From NCBI GenBank assembly GCA_964016885.1, contig OZ024752.1, positions 6,324,001 through 6,388,000 on the forward strand: a stretch of DNA of 64,000 nucleotides, written 5' to 3'. The notes beneath the pieces were generated by a model that was not told where the DNA came from, did not search any database, and saw nothing but the letters and a program-made list of their open reading frames with translations. Positions 51,557-63,906 of the stretch are shown here, one piece after another. Numbering within the stretch: position 1 is the stretch's first letter; every line of letters begins with the position of its first letter. The DNA is from Eledone cirrhosa. Lineage: Eukaryota. The position numbers and the translations under genes are program-made.

Positions 51557-52003
51557 ACCTTTAGCAATTATATTACTATATATATACTATTGTATTTTTG
51601 TCATAAAGGCTTTTTCTCATAATTATCTCTTTCTGTTCAAACCGGCCATAACTGGCCACTCATACTGATGTTAAGGTAGTGTTCTCAAAATAAATAACAT
51701 CAAAATCTCATAGATTCGATAGTATGCGAGATATTTATGTGAGGTAAAGCCTTTATTGTGAAAATATAATATATATAGAGTAATGTAAATGTTATGTGAG
51801 GTAAAGCCTTTACTGTGAAAATACAATAGTATATAAAGAGTAATGTAAATGTTATGTGAGATATTATGTGAGGTAAAGACTTTACTGTGAAAATACAATA
51901 GTATATAAAGAGTAATGTAAATGTTATGTGAGATATTATGTGAGGTAAAGCCTTTACTGTGAAAATACAATAGTATATATAGAGTAATGTAAATGGTAAA
52001 GGG
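51557..52003. mobile_element. piggyBac-type MITE with subterminal tandem repeat
   Basis: Ends ...gtaaatggtaaaggg|TTAA; same internal unit as 35150-35905. Confidence 0.7.
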
Positions 52004-52109
52004 TTAAAGTAAAATGTTTATGAATACTTTCAAATAATTCTTTTATACTTTCAATATATATTTATTGTTTTGCAAGATTTCTACTTGTTTCATAATTCTC
52101 TCATTTCAG

Positions 52110-52207
52110 TAAAACAATTATTGATGAACAAGAGGAACCAATTAGCAATAAAAAACAGAAAGTCAGGCTGGCCGAGTCTCTTAATTATGCCCCAACTTCA
52201 ACTAAAG
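52110..52207 (+). CDS. KIAA1549: KIAA1549-like cytoplasmic exon
   Basis: tctctcatttcag| (C)KTIIDEQEEPISNKKQKVRLAESLNYAPTSTK G|gtaaca; phase 2 to 1. Confidence 0.8.
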
Positions 52208-52744
52208 GTAACATTCCTATCATTGACATGTACATTTATCTAGAACCATATATCTGTTGGGGTGGGGCCTTGTTTGAAGTAGAAGGGTGCAGTGGGGTCA
52301 TGGGGCCAGAGCCCTTGATGGAAGTAGGTCCAGCAACCAGAGCCCTTGATGGAAGTAGGTCCAGTAAGGTCATGAGGCCAGAGCCCTTACTGGAAATAGA
52401 AGGGTGCAGTGACATCACGTAACAGGAAACAAGAAGTAGTAGTAGCATCGGGCGTTCTTTCTTTCACTCGTCAATGATTGTGTGGAGAAGGAGGAGGTGA
52501 TGTTTGTTCCATGTGTTGGGGTCATATGGTTATACCTTCTGGCCAGAGTTTGGCTGGTCACTTACGGACACAGACTTACCCCATTCTGGACAAACTCAAC
52601 TAGTGAGACATCCCACGAGGTAGGTAAGCTGTGTTCCCCACCCCCTTGTACTACAGTCTATACCATAATTGTATAAACTTACAGAAGACCCAACTTCCCG
52701 CGGTGACAAGCTGAAGCATATAGACAATATGGCCCCACCCCGCT

Positions 52745-53014
52745 CCCACTGTAAAGTGGTCATGTAGGTGTCACAACAAAAAGCACCCAGCCCACACTGT
52801 AAAGTGGTTGTGTAGGTGCCATGGTAAAAAAAAAGCACCATGTACTCACTTTAAATGAGGTTGGTGTTATGAAGGGCATCCAGCTGTAGAAATGGAGCCA
52901 AAATCAGTTCTGTATGAGCAAGACAAGGTCATCTGACCTGACATTGCCCACAACAGGACAACTCGTCTAACCCATGCTAGCGTGGAAGAATGGATGTAAA
53001 ATGGTGATGATGAT
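52745..53014 (+). mobile_element. RTE 3'-tail fragment
   Basis: Two 48-mers, the conserved tail and (GAT)n. Confidence 0.8.
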
Positions 53015-53099
53015 GCATCTGTATCTTTGCAACAGATGTGGGCTCCAAGCCAGAAGGAAGGTAACTCACCTACAAAAGCTTTGACAATTTCTGATTGAT

Positions 53100-54998
53100 A
53101 TAACGATGGTGGGGTTTCCCTGTGTCTGAAGGCTGTACAACTGTGTACTGTATTGTCCATGCTGGGATCTCCATGGCTGTACAACTGTGTACAGTATTGT
53201 CCATGCTGGGGACTCCATGGCTGTACAACTGTGTACTGTATTGTCCATGCTGGGGACTCCATGGCTGTACAACTGTGTACAGTATTGTCCATGCTGGGGA
53301 CTCCATGGCTGTACAACTGTGTACTGTATTGTCCATGCTGGGGTCTCCATGGCTGTACAACTGTGTACTGTATTGTCCATGCTGGGGTCTCCATGGCTGT
53401 ACAACTGTGTACTGTATTGTCCATGCTGGGGACTCCATGGCTGTACAACTGTGTACAGTATTGTCCATGCTGGGGTCTCCATGGCTGTACAACTGTGTAC
53501 TGTATTGTCCATGCTGGGGACTCCATGGCTGTACAACTGTGTACTGTATTGTCCATGCTGGGGTCTCCATGGCTGTACAACTGTGTACTGTATTGTCCAT
53601 GCTGGGGTCTCCATGGCTGTACAACTGTGTACTGTATTGTCCATGCTGGGGACTCCATGGCTGTACAACTGTGTACTGTATTGTCCATGCTGGGGTCTCC
53701 ATGGCTGTACAACTGTGTACTGTATTGTCTATGCTGGGGTCTCCATGGCTGTACAACTGTGTACTGTATTGTCCATGCTGGGGACTCCATGGCTGTACAA
53801 CTGTGTACTGTATTGTCCATGCTGGGGTCTCCATGGCTGTACAACTGTGTACTGTATTGTCCATGCTGGGGACTCCATGGCTGTACAACTGTGTACTGTA
53901 TTGTCCATGCTGGGGACTCCATGGCTGTACAACTGTGTACTGTATTGTCCATGCTGGGGTCTCCATGGCTGTACAACTGTGTACTGTATTGTCCATGCTG
54001 GGGACTCCATGGCTGTACAACTGTGTACTGTATTGTCCATGCTGGGGACTCCATGGCTGTACAACTGTGTACTGTATTGTCCATGCTGGGGTCTCCATGG
54101 CTGTACAACTGTGTACTGTATTGTCCATGCTGGGGTCTCCATGGCTGTACAACTGTGTACTGTATTGTCCATGCTGGGGACTCCATGGCTGTACAACTGT
54201 GTACTGTATTGTCCATGCTGGGGTCTCCATGGCTGTACAACTGTGTACTGTATTGTCCATGCTGGGGACTCCATGGCTGTACAACTGTGTACTGTATTGT
54301 CCATGCTGGGGTCTCCATGGCTGTACAACTGTGTACTGTATTGTCCATGCTGGGGTCTCCATGGCTGTACAACTGTGTACTGTATTGTCCATGCTGGGGT
54401 CTCCATGGCTGTACAACTGTGTACTGTATTGTCCATGCTGGGGACTCCATGGCTGTACAACTGTGTACTGTATTGTCCATGCTGGGGACTCCATGGCTGT
54501 ACAACTGTGTACTGTATTGTCCATGCTGGGGACTCCATGGCTGTACAACTGTGTACTGTATTGTCCATGCTGGGGTCTCCATGGCTGTACAACTGTGTAC
54601 TGTATTGTCCATGCTGGGGACTCCATGGCTGTACAACTGTGTACTGTATTGTCCTATTCTAGTCATCTCTCAGGGATGTCTTTTTCTTCCATGAGCCACT
54701 TTCCTTGCTTATCTTCGTTGGTGCTGACTCTTGAGTCACTGTTTTGTGAGATCTTTCACAACTTGAAAGATCCTCATGCTGCTGTTTCTGTCCATCTTCC
54801 ATTGCTCTCTCTACTGCTTCTCTATCCACTCTTCTTGGGCCTCTCTCATCCCTTTCCTGATCTTCTTACTAACCCTCTGTAAGATGGTGCTCCAGCTGGT
54901 GTATTCTTGGACTTGTTTAGTTCTCTTCTGAAACCCAATTTAAGAACCTCTTCTGAAACCCAAGGCTGAATTTCCCTGCCATGTTTCCCTAAAATCTC
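53100..54998 (-). mobile_element. Decayed RTE ORF2 fragment interrupted by a 44-bp minisatellite
   Basis: Minus-strand peptides ILGKH..IQPWVSEEVL, KIRKGMREAQEEWIEKQ, FQVVKDLTK and EDKQGKWLMEEKDI.ER, then YSLQTQGNPT on the far side of the array. Confidence 0.65.
53131..54654. repeat. 44-bp minisatellite (~34 units)
   Basis: Unit ctgtacaactgtgtactgtattgtccatgctgggg(a/t)ctccatgg. Confidence 0.97.
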
Positions 54999-55083
54999 AT
55001 GTTATCTTCTATAAAGGTGTTGTCATATCAAATTTTATGACATATCATATAACTTACCATACAACATTTTACCTTTTATTTAG

Positions 55084-55217
55084 ATTATGGTGATAAATCC
55101 CTAAAACGTGGAATCTTCCATGAGAAAACGAAAAACAAAGAAGACATTTCTACATCATGTTATGTGAATTTACCTCCAATTCCATCTCATGTCAGTTTAG
55201 TTGCTAGGAAACCAAAG
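55084..55217 (+). CDS. KIAA1549: KIAA1549-like cytoplasmic exon
   Basis: ttttatttag| (D)YGDKSLKRGIFHEKTKNKEDISTSCYVNLPPIPSHVSLVARKPK |gtaagt; phase 1 to 0. Confidence 0.8.
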
Positions 55218-55269
55218 GTAAGTTATTTTAACAATATAATCTGTTATATATTTTGGTTGTTGGTTTTCA

Positions 55270-55622
55270 TATTAACTGTTACACTGTATTAACTGTTACA
55301 CTGTATTAACTGTTATACTGTATTCACTGTTACACTGTATTAACTGTTACACAGTATTAACTGTTACACTGTATTAACTGTTACACTGTATTAACTGTTA
55401 CACTGTATTAACTGTTATACTGTATTAACTGTTACACTGTATTAACTGTTACACTGTATTAACTGTTACACTGTATTCACTGTTACACTGTATTCACTGT
55501 TATACTGTATTAACTGTTATACTGTATTAACTGTTACACTGTATTAACTGTTACACTGTATTAACTGTTACACTGTATTAACTGTTACACTGTATTAACT
55601 GTTACACTGTATTAACTGTTAT
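55270..55622. repeat. 17-bp minisatellite
   Basis: taactgttacactgtat repeated about 20 times. Confidence 0.95.
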
Positions 55623-55995
55623 AATACATATACTGTTATGTTATCTGTTCTGTTAACTACTATAGTATGTTAACTATTATATTTTAAATATGATTGTGTT
55701 AACTGTTATGTTAACTATTATAATGTATTGTTATAGTGTATTATCTGTTATTGTTCATTAACTGTTCTATATTAACTACTGAAGTGTTAACTATTATATG
55801 TTAACTGTTATGTGTTAAATCTTAAAATGCATTAACTATTTTAATAACCTCTATACATTATATTCTAAAGATACTAAAGTATAATTACATATATGTTGCT
55901 GGTCAATAAAGTTAGTAGTTTTGTTATTAAAAGTGTTTTTATTTGCTCCAAACTTATGACTCGCCTTGTATTAAATTGATAATTGTCTTTTGTAG

Positions 55996-56053
55996 TTTGA
56001 AAAGGTTTGTTATAACAGAAGAAAAAACCTACAAGAGGAATTACAGATGCAAG
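55996..56053 (+). CDS. KIAA1549: KIAA1549-like small cytoplasmic exon
   Basis: tcttttgtag| FEKVCYNRRKNLQEELQMQ G|gtaatt; phase 0 to 1, which is needed to link the flanking exon phases. Confidence 0.72.
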
Positions 56054-56359
56054 GTAATTTATAAATTGATTTTATTTTCAGTAACTAAACATCATTGCTG
56101 TCTAATGTCCCTACTACCACTGGATTTATCAGGAGTAGTGGCACTTCTTCACCCAGCAATCATCATCTATGTACATCACATGTCCATACCAATGCATCTT
56201 CTCTCCTGTACACCACCTTGGATTCCTCTTAAACCCAGTTTCTCCCTCTGTTCATCCAAGCTCTGCCTTTCTCTCACATTTACATTGCAAATTGGTTATT
56301 TTTGGAAGACTTTGTTATGGGACATAAACAAACACAGTTCCCCTCTGCCAAGTTTCACT

Positions 56360-56575
56360 CATCATCATCATCACCGTTTTACGGCCGTTCTTCCATGCTA
56401 GCATGGGTTAGACGGGTTGTCCTGTTGTGGGCAGTGTCTGGTCGGCTGACCATGCCTTGCTCATACAGGAACTGATTTTGGCTTGATTTCTACAGCTGGA
56501 TTCCCTATCTAACACCAACCTCATTTACAGTGAGTGCTGGGTGCTTTTTTGCCGTGGCACCTCGACGACCCAAGG
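56360..56575 (-). mobile_element. RTE-tail element
   Basis: Reverse complement of 16636-16902, with (CAT)n at the left end. Confidence 0.8.
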
Positions 56576-56735
56576 TGCCACACAGTTGGTCTAAACCTGA
56601 CAACCATGTGGTTGGGAAGTACTTAAGTACACAACCACCAAGATACCACGCAGTGGAACTAAACCTGGGTGCTGTGAGGTTACAAAGCAAAGTCCTTAAG
56701 TACACAACAAAAATTAAATAACTTTTTATTTCCAG

Positions 56736-56859
56736 ACTTATCTCCCAATGAACTCTATATGAATGTAAACCCTGAGTGTGAAGATGGCTGTGTAGATTGT
56801 GGCATCAACAATACCTGTAATTATACCAGGAAAAACAATAGAAAGATTTCTAAACAAAG
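56736..56859 (+). CDS. KIAA1549: KIAA1549-like cytoplasmic exon (Cys-containing)
   Basis: tttttatttccag| (D)LSPNELYMNVNPECEDGCVDCGINNTCNYTRKNNRKISKQ AG|gtaagc; phase 1 to 2. Confidence 0.8.
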
Positions 56860-56897
56860 GTAAGCTTTTTGTAAAATTTTGATATTTTCATAATTTA

Positions 56898-57715
56898 CAT
56901 CATCACTGTTTCATGTCTATTTTTCCATGCTAGCATGGGTTAGACATGTTGTCCCATTGTGAGACAAGTTAAATCAAGTGACCATGTCTTGCTCATACAG
57001 AACTGTTTCTGACTTGGTTTCTACAACTGGATGCCCTTCCTGATGGCAACCACATTTACAGTGTGGACTGGGTGCTTTTTATTGTGGCACTAAAACAACT
57101 CACTGACAGGTTGGATTGGGTACTTTTTCATCATGTCACACCAGCATGACTACAATATGGGGTGGACCAGGTGCTTTTTGTCTTATCACCAAAATGACCA
57201 CCTTACATGGTGGACTGGGTGCTTTTAGTCATGTCACCAACATGATCACTTTACAGGGCGGACTGGGTGCTTTTAGTCATGTCACCAACATGATCACTTT
57301 ACAGGGCGGACTGGGTGCTTTTAGTCATGTCACCAACATGATCACTTTACAGGGTGGACTGGGTGCTTTTAGTCATGTCACCAACATGATCACTTTACAG
57401 GGCGGACTGGGTGCTTTTAGTCGTGTCACCAACATGATCACTTTACAGGGCGGACTGGGTGCTTTTAGTCATGTCACCAACATGATCACTTTACAGGGCG
57501 GACTGGGTGCTTTTAGTCGTGTCACCAACATGATCACTTTACAGGGCGGACTGTGTGCTTTTAGTCATGTCACCAAAATGACCACATCACAGGGCGGACT
57601 GGGTGCTTTTAGTCATGTCACCAACATGACCACCTCACAGGGCGGACTGGGTGCTTTTAGTCGTGTCACCAACATGATCACTTTACAGGGCGGACTGGGT
57701 CCTTTTTCATTGTCA
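56898..57715 (-). repeat. RTE 3' tail with the 48-bp unit expanded to ~14 copies
   Basis: Tail at 56898-57055, then the unit actttacagggcggactgggtgcttttagtcatgtcaccaacatgatc. Confidence 0.88.
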
Positions 57716-58009
57716 TCAGCACAATTACAAATAGAAATTTGTAATTAACTGTTCCTAGTTCAATTACCTACACATAATTTCAGGAAATAAACAAGATACT
57801 ACACTTTCACCTTTATGGGGTCAATAAATTAAAGTACCAGTAATGCACTGAGGTCAAATTAATTGATTTTCTCCTCCCCAAAAATTGTTGGTCTTGTGCC
57901 TAAATTCTTCCTATTTTTACAGGCATTTCAGATGGAACTTAGACAATCTCAGTCATTATTTAGAGTTTATTATAAAGTCTCCATCATTTCTATTTCTATA
58001 TTTTTTCAG

Positions 58010-58067
58010 AAAATGTAACCATCTGAAACATGCTTCAATTATGAATTCTTTCAAAGACAGTATGCTA
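58010..58067 (+). CDS. KIAA1549: KIAA1549-like small cytoplasmic exon
   Basis: ttttttcag| (R)KCNHLKHASIMNSFKDSML |gtaagt; phase 2 to 0. Confidence 0.75.
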
Positions 58068-58829
58068 GTAAGTACTATGTTAGTTTACATTGTTTTTGAT
58101 AGAAACCTGCCAAAAAACTGCCCTTGGTTTTGCCACACAAAACTGTTTACATTTAAATTAAAACATTCCATCATAATTTTTATGTAAGAACCTTTTATTA
58201 ATTTGTATCTCTAACATTAGCTTAACCCTTTCCTTACCATATTTCTAATAAAATACATTGTACTGCAATTAATTAATTTAGAGAGATTTTCTAAAATTTT
58301 ATTTCATTATTAGAATGGTATTTGTAATATAATAAAAACACTGTTACATAAAATTATGTTGGAAGATTTTAATTTACATAAGAACCATTTCTAAAGACCG
58401 GTTTTGTTCCATAGAATCAAAAGTGGTTTTAAGCAAGGTTAATAATGAAAAAAAACTTAAGTTATGTTACCATAGTCTTCCTAATTCTTCAATGTTTTAA
58501 AAATAAATTGAAACACATGGTCAATATGATAGCGAAATGGTTAACGCCTTTCTAGCCAATTTTCTAACCACTTCGATATCTTGAAATAAAAAGTAACTTA
58601 TAAGAATCTATAGGAATGTGACTCAGTGGTTAAAGAATTGGATTCACAATCGTGAGGTTACAAGTTTGATTCCCGGCAATGTGTTATCTCCTTCAGCAAG
58701 ACACTTTATTCCATGCTGCTTCTTCTGAAGGTGCACATTATAGATCTAGCCCAGAGTGTTTAGTACTTATGTATAGCTTTGTACACAGATAAGTTAAAGT
58801 TTGTTGTAAGGGAGAGGTTCACCAGACTG

Positions 58830-59080
58830 GTGTCTATCTCCAATTCCGTAGGCATTAAACAACTGAGAGTACAAGTCTCCCTGGACAGGACACCAGTCTA
58901 CCAGTCTACAGGTTTAACTCCCAAGCTACTTCTGGTATTCACTCTCAGCTGAGTCTACTGGATGAATGTGAAATAAAGTGTTTTGCTCAAGAACACAACA
59001 CAGCAACCTGTCCAGGAATTGAACTGATGGCATTACAATCCTAAGTCCAACATCTTCACCATTAGGTCACATGGCTTCAC
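58830..59080 (-). mobile_element. tRNA-derived SINE (family B head, another body type)
   Basis: gtgaaataaagtgttttgctcaagaacacaac...ggaattgaac is the reverse-complemented B-box region; it runs straight into the 54-bp array. Confidence 0.7.
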
Positions 59081-61015
59081 ATGACCTAACAATCCTATGT
59101 CCAACATCTTCACCATTAGGTCACATGGCTTCACATGACCTAACAATCCTATGTCCAACATCTTCACCATTAGGTCACATGGCTTCACATGACCTAACAA
59201 TCCTATGTCCAACATCTTAACCATTAGGTCACATGGCTTCACATGACCTAACAATCCTATGTCCAACATCTTCACCATTAGGTCACATGGCTTCACATGA
59301 CCTAACAATCCTATGTCCAACATCTTAACCATTAGATCATATGGCTTCACATGACCTAACAATCCTATGTCCAACATCTTCACCATTAGGTCATATGGCT
59401 TCACATGACATTACGATCCTATGTCCAACATCTTAACCATTAGATCATCTGGCTTCACATGACCTAACAATCCTATGTCCAACATCTTAACCATTAGATC
59501 ATATGGCTCCACATGACCTAACAATCCTATGTCCAACATCTTCACCATTAGGTCACATGGCTTCACATGACCTAACAATCCTATGTCCAACATCTTCACC
59601 ATTAGGTCACATGGCTTCACATGACCTAACAATCCTAAGTCCAACATCTTCACCATTAGGTCACATGGCTTCACATGACCTAACAATCCTAAGTCCAACA
59701 TCTTAACCATTAGATCATATGGCTTCACATGACCTAACAATCCTAAGTCCAACATCTTCACCATTAGGTCACATGGCTTCACATGACCTAACAATCCTAT
59801 GTCCAACATCTTCACCATTAGGTCACATGGCTTCACATGACCTAACAATCCTAAGTCCAACATCTTCACCATTAGGTCACATGGCTTCACATGACCTAAC
59901 AATCCTATGTCCAACATCTTCACCATTAGGTCGTATGGCTTCACATGACCTAACAATCCTATGTCCAACATCTTAACCATTAGGTCACATGGCTTCACAT
60001 GACCTAACAATCCTATGTCCAACATCTTAACCATTAGATCATCTGGCTTCACATGACCTAACAATCCTATGTCCAACATCTTAACCATTAGATCATCTGG
60101 CTTCACATGACCTAACAATCCTATGTCCAACATCTTAACCATTAGATCATATGGCTTCACATGACATTACGATCCTATGTCCAGCAACCTCACTATTAGG
60201 CCATATGGCTTCACATGACCTAACAATCCTATGTCCAACATCTTAACCATTAGATCATCTGGCTTCACATGACCTAACAATCCTATGTCCAACATCTTCA
60301 CCATTAGGTCACATGGCTTCACATGACCTAACAATCCTAAGTCCAACATCTTCACCATTAGGTCATATGGCTTCACATGACCTAACAATCCTATGTCCAA
60401 CATCTTAACCATTAGATCATCTGGCTTCACATGACCTAACAATCCTAAGTCCAACATCTTCACCATTAGGTCATATGGCTTCACATGACCTAACAATCCT
60501 ATGTCCAACATCTTAACCATTAGATCATCTGGCTTCACATGACCTAACAATCCTATGTCCAACATCTTAACCATTAGATCATATGGCTTCACATGACATT
60601 ACGATCCTATGTCCAGCAACCTCACTATTAGGCCATATGGCTTCACATGACATTACGATCCTAAGTCCAACATCTTAACCATTAGATCACATGGCTTCAC
60701 ATGACATTACGATCCTATGTCCAACAACCTCACCATTAAATCATGTGGCTTCACATGACATTACAATCCTATGTCCAACAACCTCACCATTAAATCATGT
60801 GCCTTCACATGACTTTAGGTCACATGGCCTCACATGACATTACGATCCTATGTCCAACAACCTCACCACTAAATCATGTGGCTTCACATGACATTACAAT
60901 CCTATGTCCAACAACCTCACCATTAAATCATGTGACTTCACATGACCTTAGGTCACATGGCCTCACATGGCATTACGATCCTAAGTCCAACATCTTCACC
61001 ATTAAATCATGTGAC
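59033..61015 (-). repeat. 54-bp minisatellite (~36 units) derived from the SINE tRNA head
   Basis: Minus-strand unit gtgaagccatgtgacctaatggtgaagatgttggacataggattgttaggtcat. Confidence 0.93.
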
Positions 61016-61053
61016 ACACATCGTATATTAAAACCCTAAAATGATATTTTCAG

Positions 61054-61184
61054 AGTGACACCTATGAGGATCATAAACTGTGGCAGAAACAACCAGACAC
61101 ACTACAACAGACATGTGTTAAGATGCACCACTTATTAGATGATGCCTTCCACCTCATTAGTATGAACTTACCTCAACAGAATGT
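61054..61184 (+). CDS. KIAA1549: KIAA1549-like exon with the conserved LLDDAF motif
   Basis: attttcag| SDTYEDHKLWQKQPDTLQQTCVKMHHLLDDAFHLISMNLPQQN GT|gtaagt. Matches the KIAA1549-family MHSLLDDAF motif; phase 0 to 2. Confidence 0.88.
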
Positions 61185-61211
61185 GTAAGTTGCTTTTTTT
61201 TCAATTATCAA

Positions 61212-61543
61212 TCATCGTCATCATCATCATTTTACGTCCACTTTTCTCTGCTTGCAAGGGTGGGACTGATTCTAGCTTTCTACAGCTGGATGCCCTTCCT
61301 AACACCAACCTCATTTACAGTGAGTGCTGGGTGCTTTTTTGCCGTGGCACCTCCACGACCACTTTGCAGTGGAATGATATGGACCCCAGTCCCTATCATC
61401 TCATTTCTACAGCTGAGTAAACTGGAGCAATGTGAAATAAAGTGTCTTGCTCAAGGACACAACACATCACCTGGTCTGAGAATTGAACTCACAACCTTTC
61501 GATTGCAAGGCCAATGCTCTAGCCACTAAGCCATGTGCCTCCA
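61212..61543 (-). mobile_element. tRNA-derived SINE with RTE 3' tail
   Basis: Near-identical to 35475-35801. Confidence 0.85.
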
Positions 61544-61566
61544 ATATATATATATATATATATTAT

Positions 61567-63679
61567 AAAGGCTACTAAATGAGGAGAATAATTGGGAGAA
61601 AGACAGGCTCCCCCACATTGACCCAATAGAGGGACCAGCAGTGCAAGTTGAAGGTAGTATAATAAGTAAGGCAATCGAAGACATGAAGACGGGCAAGGCG
61701 GCCGGGCCTTCGGAAATAGTTGCTGAAATGCTGAAAGCATCTGGAACGGTGGGACACACTATGGTCACTCGGATAGTCAACCAAGTCATACAGAATGGGG
61801 TCGTTCCGAAGGACTGGCGCAGCAGCATTATCATTAACTGCTACAAGGGTAAAGGTGATGCCCTAGATAGGGGAAACTATAGAGGCATTAAATTAATTGA
61901 CCGGGTCATGAAGGTCACAGAAAAAGTAATAGTGCAACTAATCAGAGAGCGAATTGATCTAGACGAAATGCAATTCGGGTTTGTGTCAGGTAAAAGTACA
62001 AGAGACGCTCTCTTCATTGTACGACAACTACAGGAGAAGTACCTAGCTAAAAGTAAACCCCTATACTTAGCCTTTGTTGACTTGGAGAAAGCCTTTGACA
62101 GAGTACCCCGCTCGATTATCTGGTGGGCCCTTAGAAAACTAGGCATTGATGAATGGCTTGTGAGAGCTATACAAGCCATGTATAAAGAAACAGTCAGCAA
62201 GGTTAGAATTAACAACGAATATAGTGAAGAGTTTAGCGTAAAAGTTGGTGTTCATCAGGGCTCCGTCCTTAGCCCCCTACTATTTATTATTGCCCTTCAG
62301 GCTATAACAGAGGAGTTCAAGACCGGCTGCCCATGGGAACTCCTATATGCAGATGATTTAACGCTCATAGCTGAATCAATGGCGGAACTAGAGCAGAAAT
62401 TCCAAACATGGAAGCATGGCCTAGAATCAAAAGGCCTTAAAGTTAATTTGTCTAAGACTAAAGTTCTAGTTTGTAGGAAGGAAAATAGGGCACCGGTCCC
62501 ATCTGGGAAATGGCCATGCTCAGTGTGTAGGAAAAGAGTAGGCAGAAACTACATTTTATGTCCCAAATGCAAAGTATGGGTGCATAAAATATGTAGTGGG
62601 ATCACAGGCAAGCTAACTAAGAATATAGATTTTATATGTGGCCGGTGCTCTGGTACAATAAGTAGCAGCAAGTGCCCACAGAATACTAGCTCATTCCATT
62701 GCACAGATGGTTCTATAGAAATAGTGGACAGCTTCCGTTACCTGGGTGACAAAATCAGCAGTGGGGGAGGGTGCTCTGAAAGTACAGTAGCTAGAGTCAG
62801 AACTGGATGGAAAAAGTTCAGAGAGTTTATACCACTATTGGCCGCTAAAGGGTTCTCTTTAAAAATGAAAGGCAGGCTGTATGATGCCTGCATACAAACA
62901 GCAATGTTACATGGCAGTGAGACCTGGGCATTGTGTGCAGAGGATATACGCAGACTGGAGAGAAACGAAGCTTGCATGCTCCGCTGGATGTGTAATAGTA
63001 ATATACGTGAACGGCAAAGCATAAACGAACTAAGGGAGAAATTAGGAATAAGAGGGATCAGATGTTGTTTACTCGAGAGAAGACTACGTTGGTACGGTCA
63101 CGTGATGCGCATGAAAGACGACAGCTGTATAAAAAAGTGCAGGGCGATAAAAATAGACGGTAGCCACGGAGTAGGCAGACCCAGAAAAACCTGGGACGAC
63201 GTGATAAATTCCGACCTCATACACTTAGACCTCTCCAAGACAATGTCACTGGACCGAGATCTTTGGCGCTACACAGTTATACAGAAGACCTGCCTTACCT
63301 AAGTACAAAGCGAACCCTACAGTCAGTAGGCACCTCTAACAAAATACACCCACGTCCCACTACCCCCACCCCATCCACACCACCCCCTAAAATGTGAAAT
63401 TATGTTGGTACCACAACATCCAGTCCGAAAAAAATGCGGTCATGTAGGTGTCACGACAAAAAAACACACAGTCCACGCTGTAATGTGGCTGTGTAGGTAA
63501 CACGGTAAAAACCTCCCAGTCCACACTGTAAACATGGTTGGTGTTATGAAGGGCATCCAGCCGTAGAAAACCCGCCAGACAGTCCTGAGCAAGACAACCA
63601 ATCTTGCCTCAAGTGGACAATTCCCGTCCAGACCCATGCTAATGTGGAAAATGGACGTTAAACGATGATGATGATGATG
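61567..63679 (+). mobile_element. 5'-truncated RTE-clade LINE with an uninterrupted RT reading frame
   Basis: ORF 61641..63302 (553 aa) has all RT motifs, the Cys/His finger and GRPRKTW. The 3'UTR has two 48-mers and a (GAT)n tail; inserted in (TA)n. Confidence 0.96.
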
Positions 63680-63824
63680 TATATATATGAGTATTCTGAT
63701 GATTTGATCAGACACACACTGCATTTAAAGTCGAGTGGCGCAATTTCGAGTGATTAGCAGCCTGTAGGCTCACCTGATCAATGAAACAATTGTTAACACT
63801 GTAAATAAAACCCTTTTTGTACAG

Positions 63825-63906
63825 CCGACCATGTTATTCTTCACTCTTTCACTATTATTACTCCAAGAATAACCTACATGGGAATTCTCGTAAACTCACT
63901 ACCTAA
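63825..63906 (+). CDS. KIAA1549: KIAA1549-like putative terminal exon
   Basis: ccctttttgtacag| phase 2 gives (V)RPCYSSLFHYYYSKNNLHGNSRKLTT*. No recognisable homology; supported by splice signal and phase only. Confidence 0.45.

Noticed and set aside
52867-54882. Overlapping long ORFs in all six frames
   Set aside because: Stop-free 44-bp repeat unit.
57923-58009. In-frame alternative upstream acceptor for the 58010 exon
   Set aside because: It would translate the polypyrimidine tract; the downstream acceptor is stronger and there is no independent evidence.
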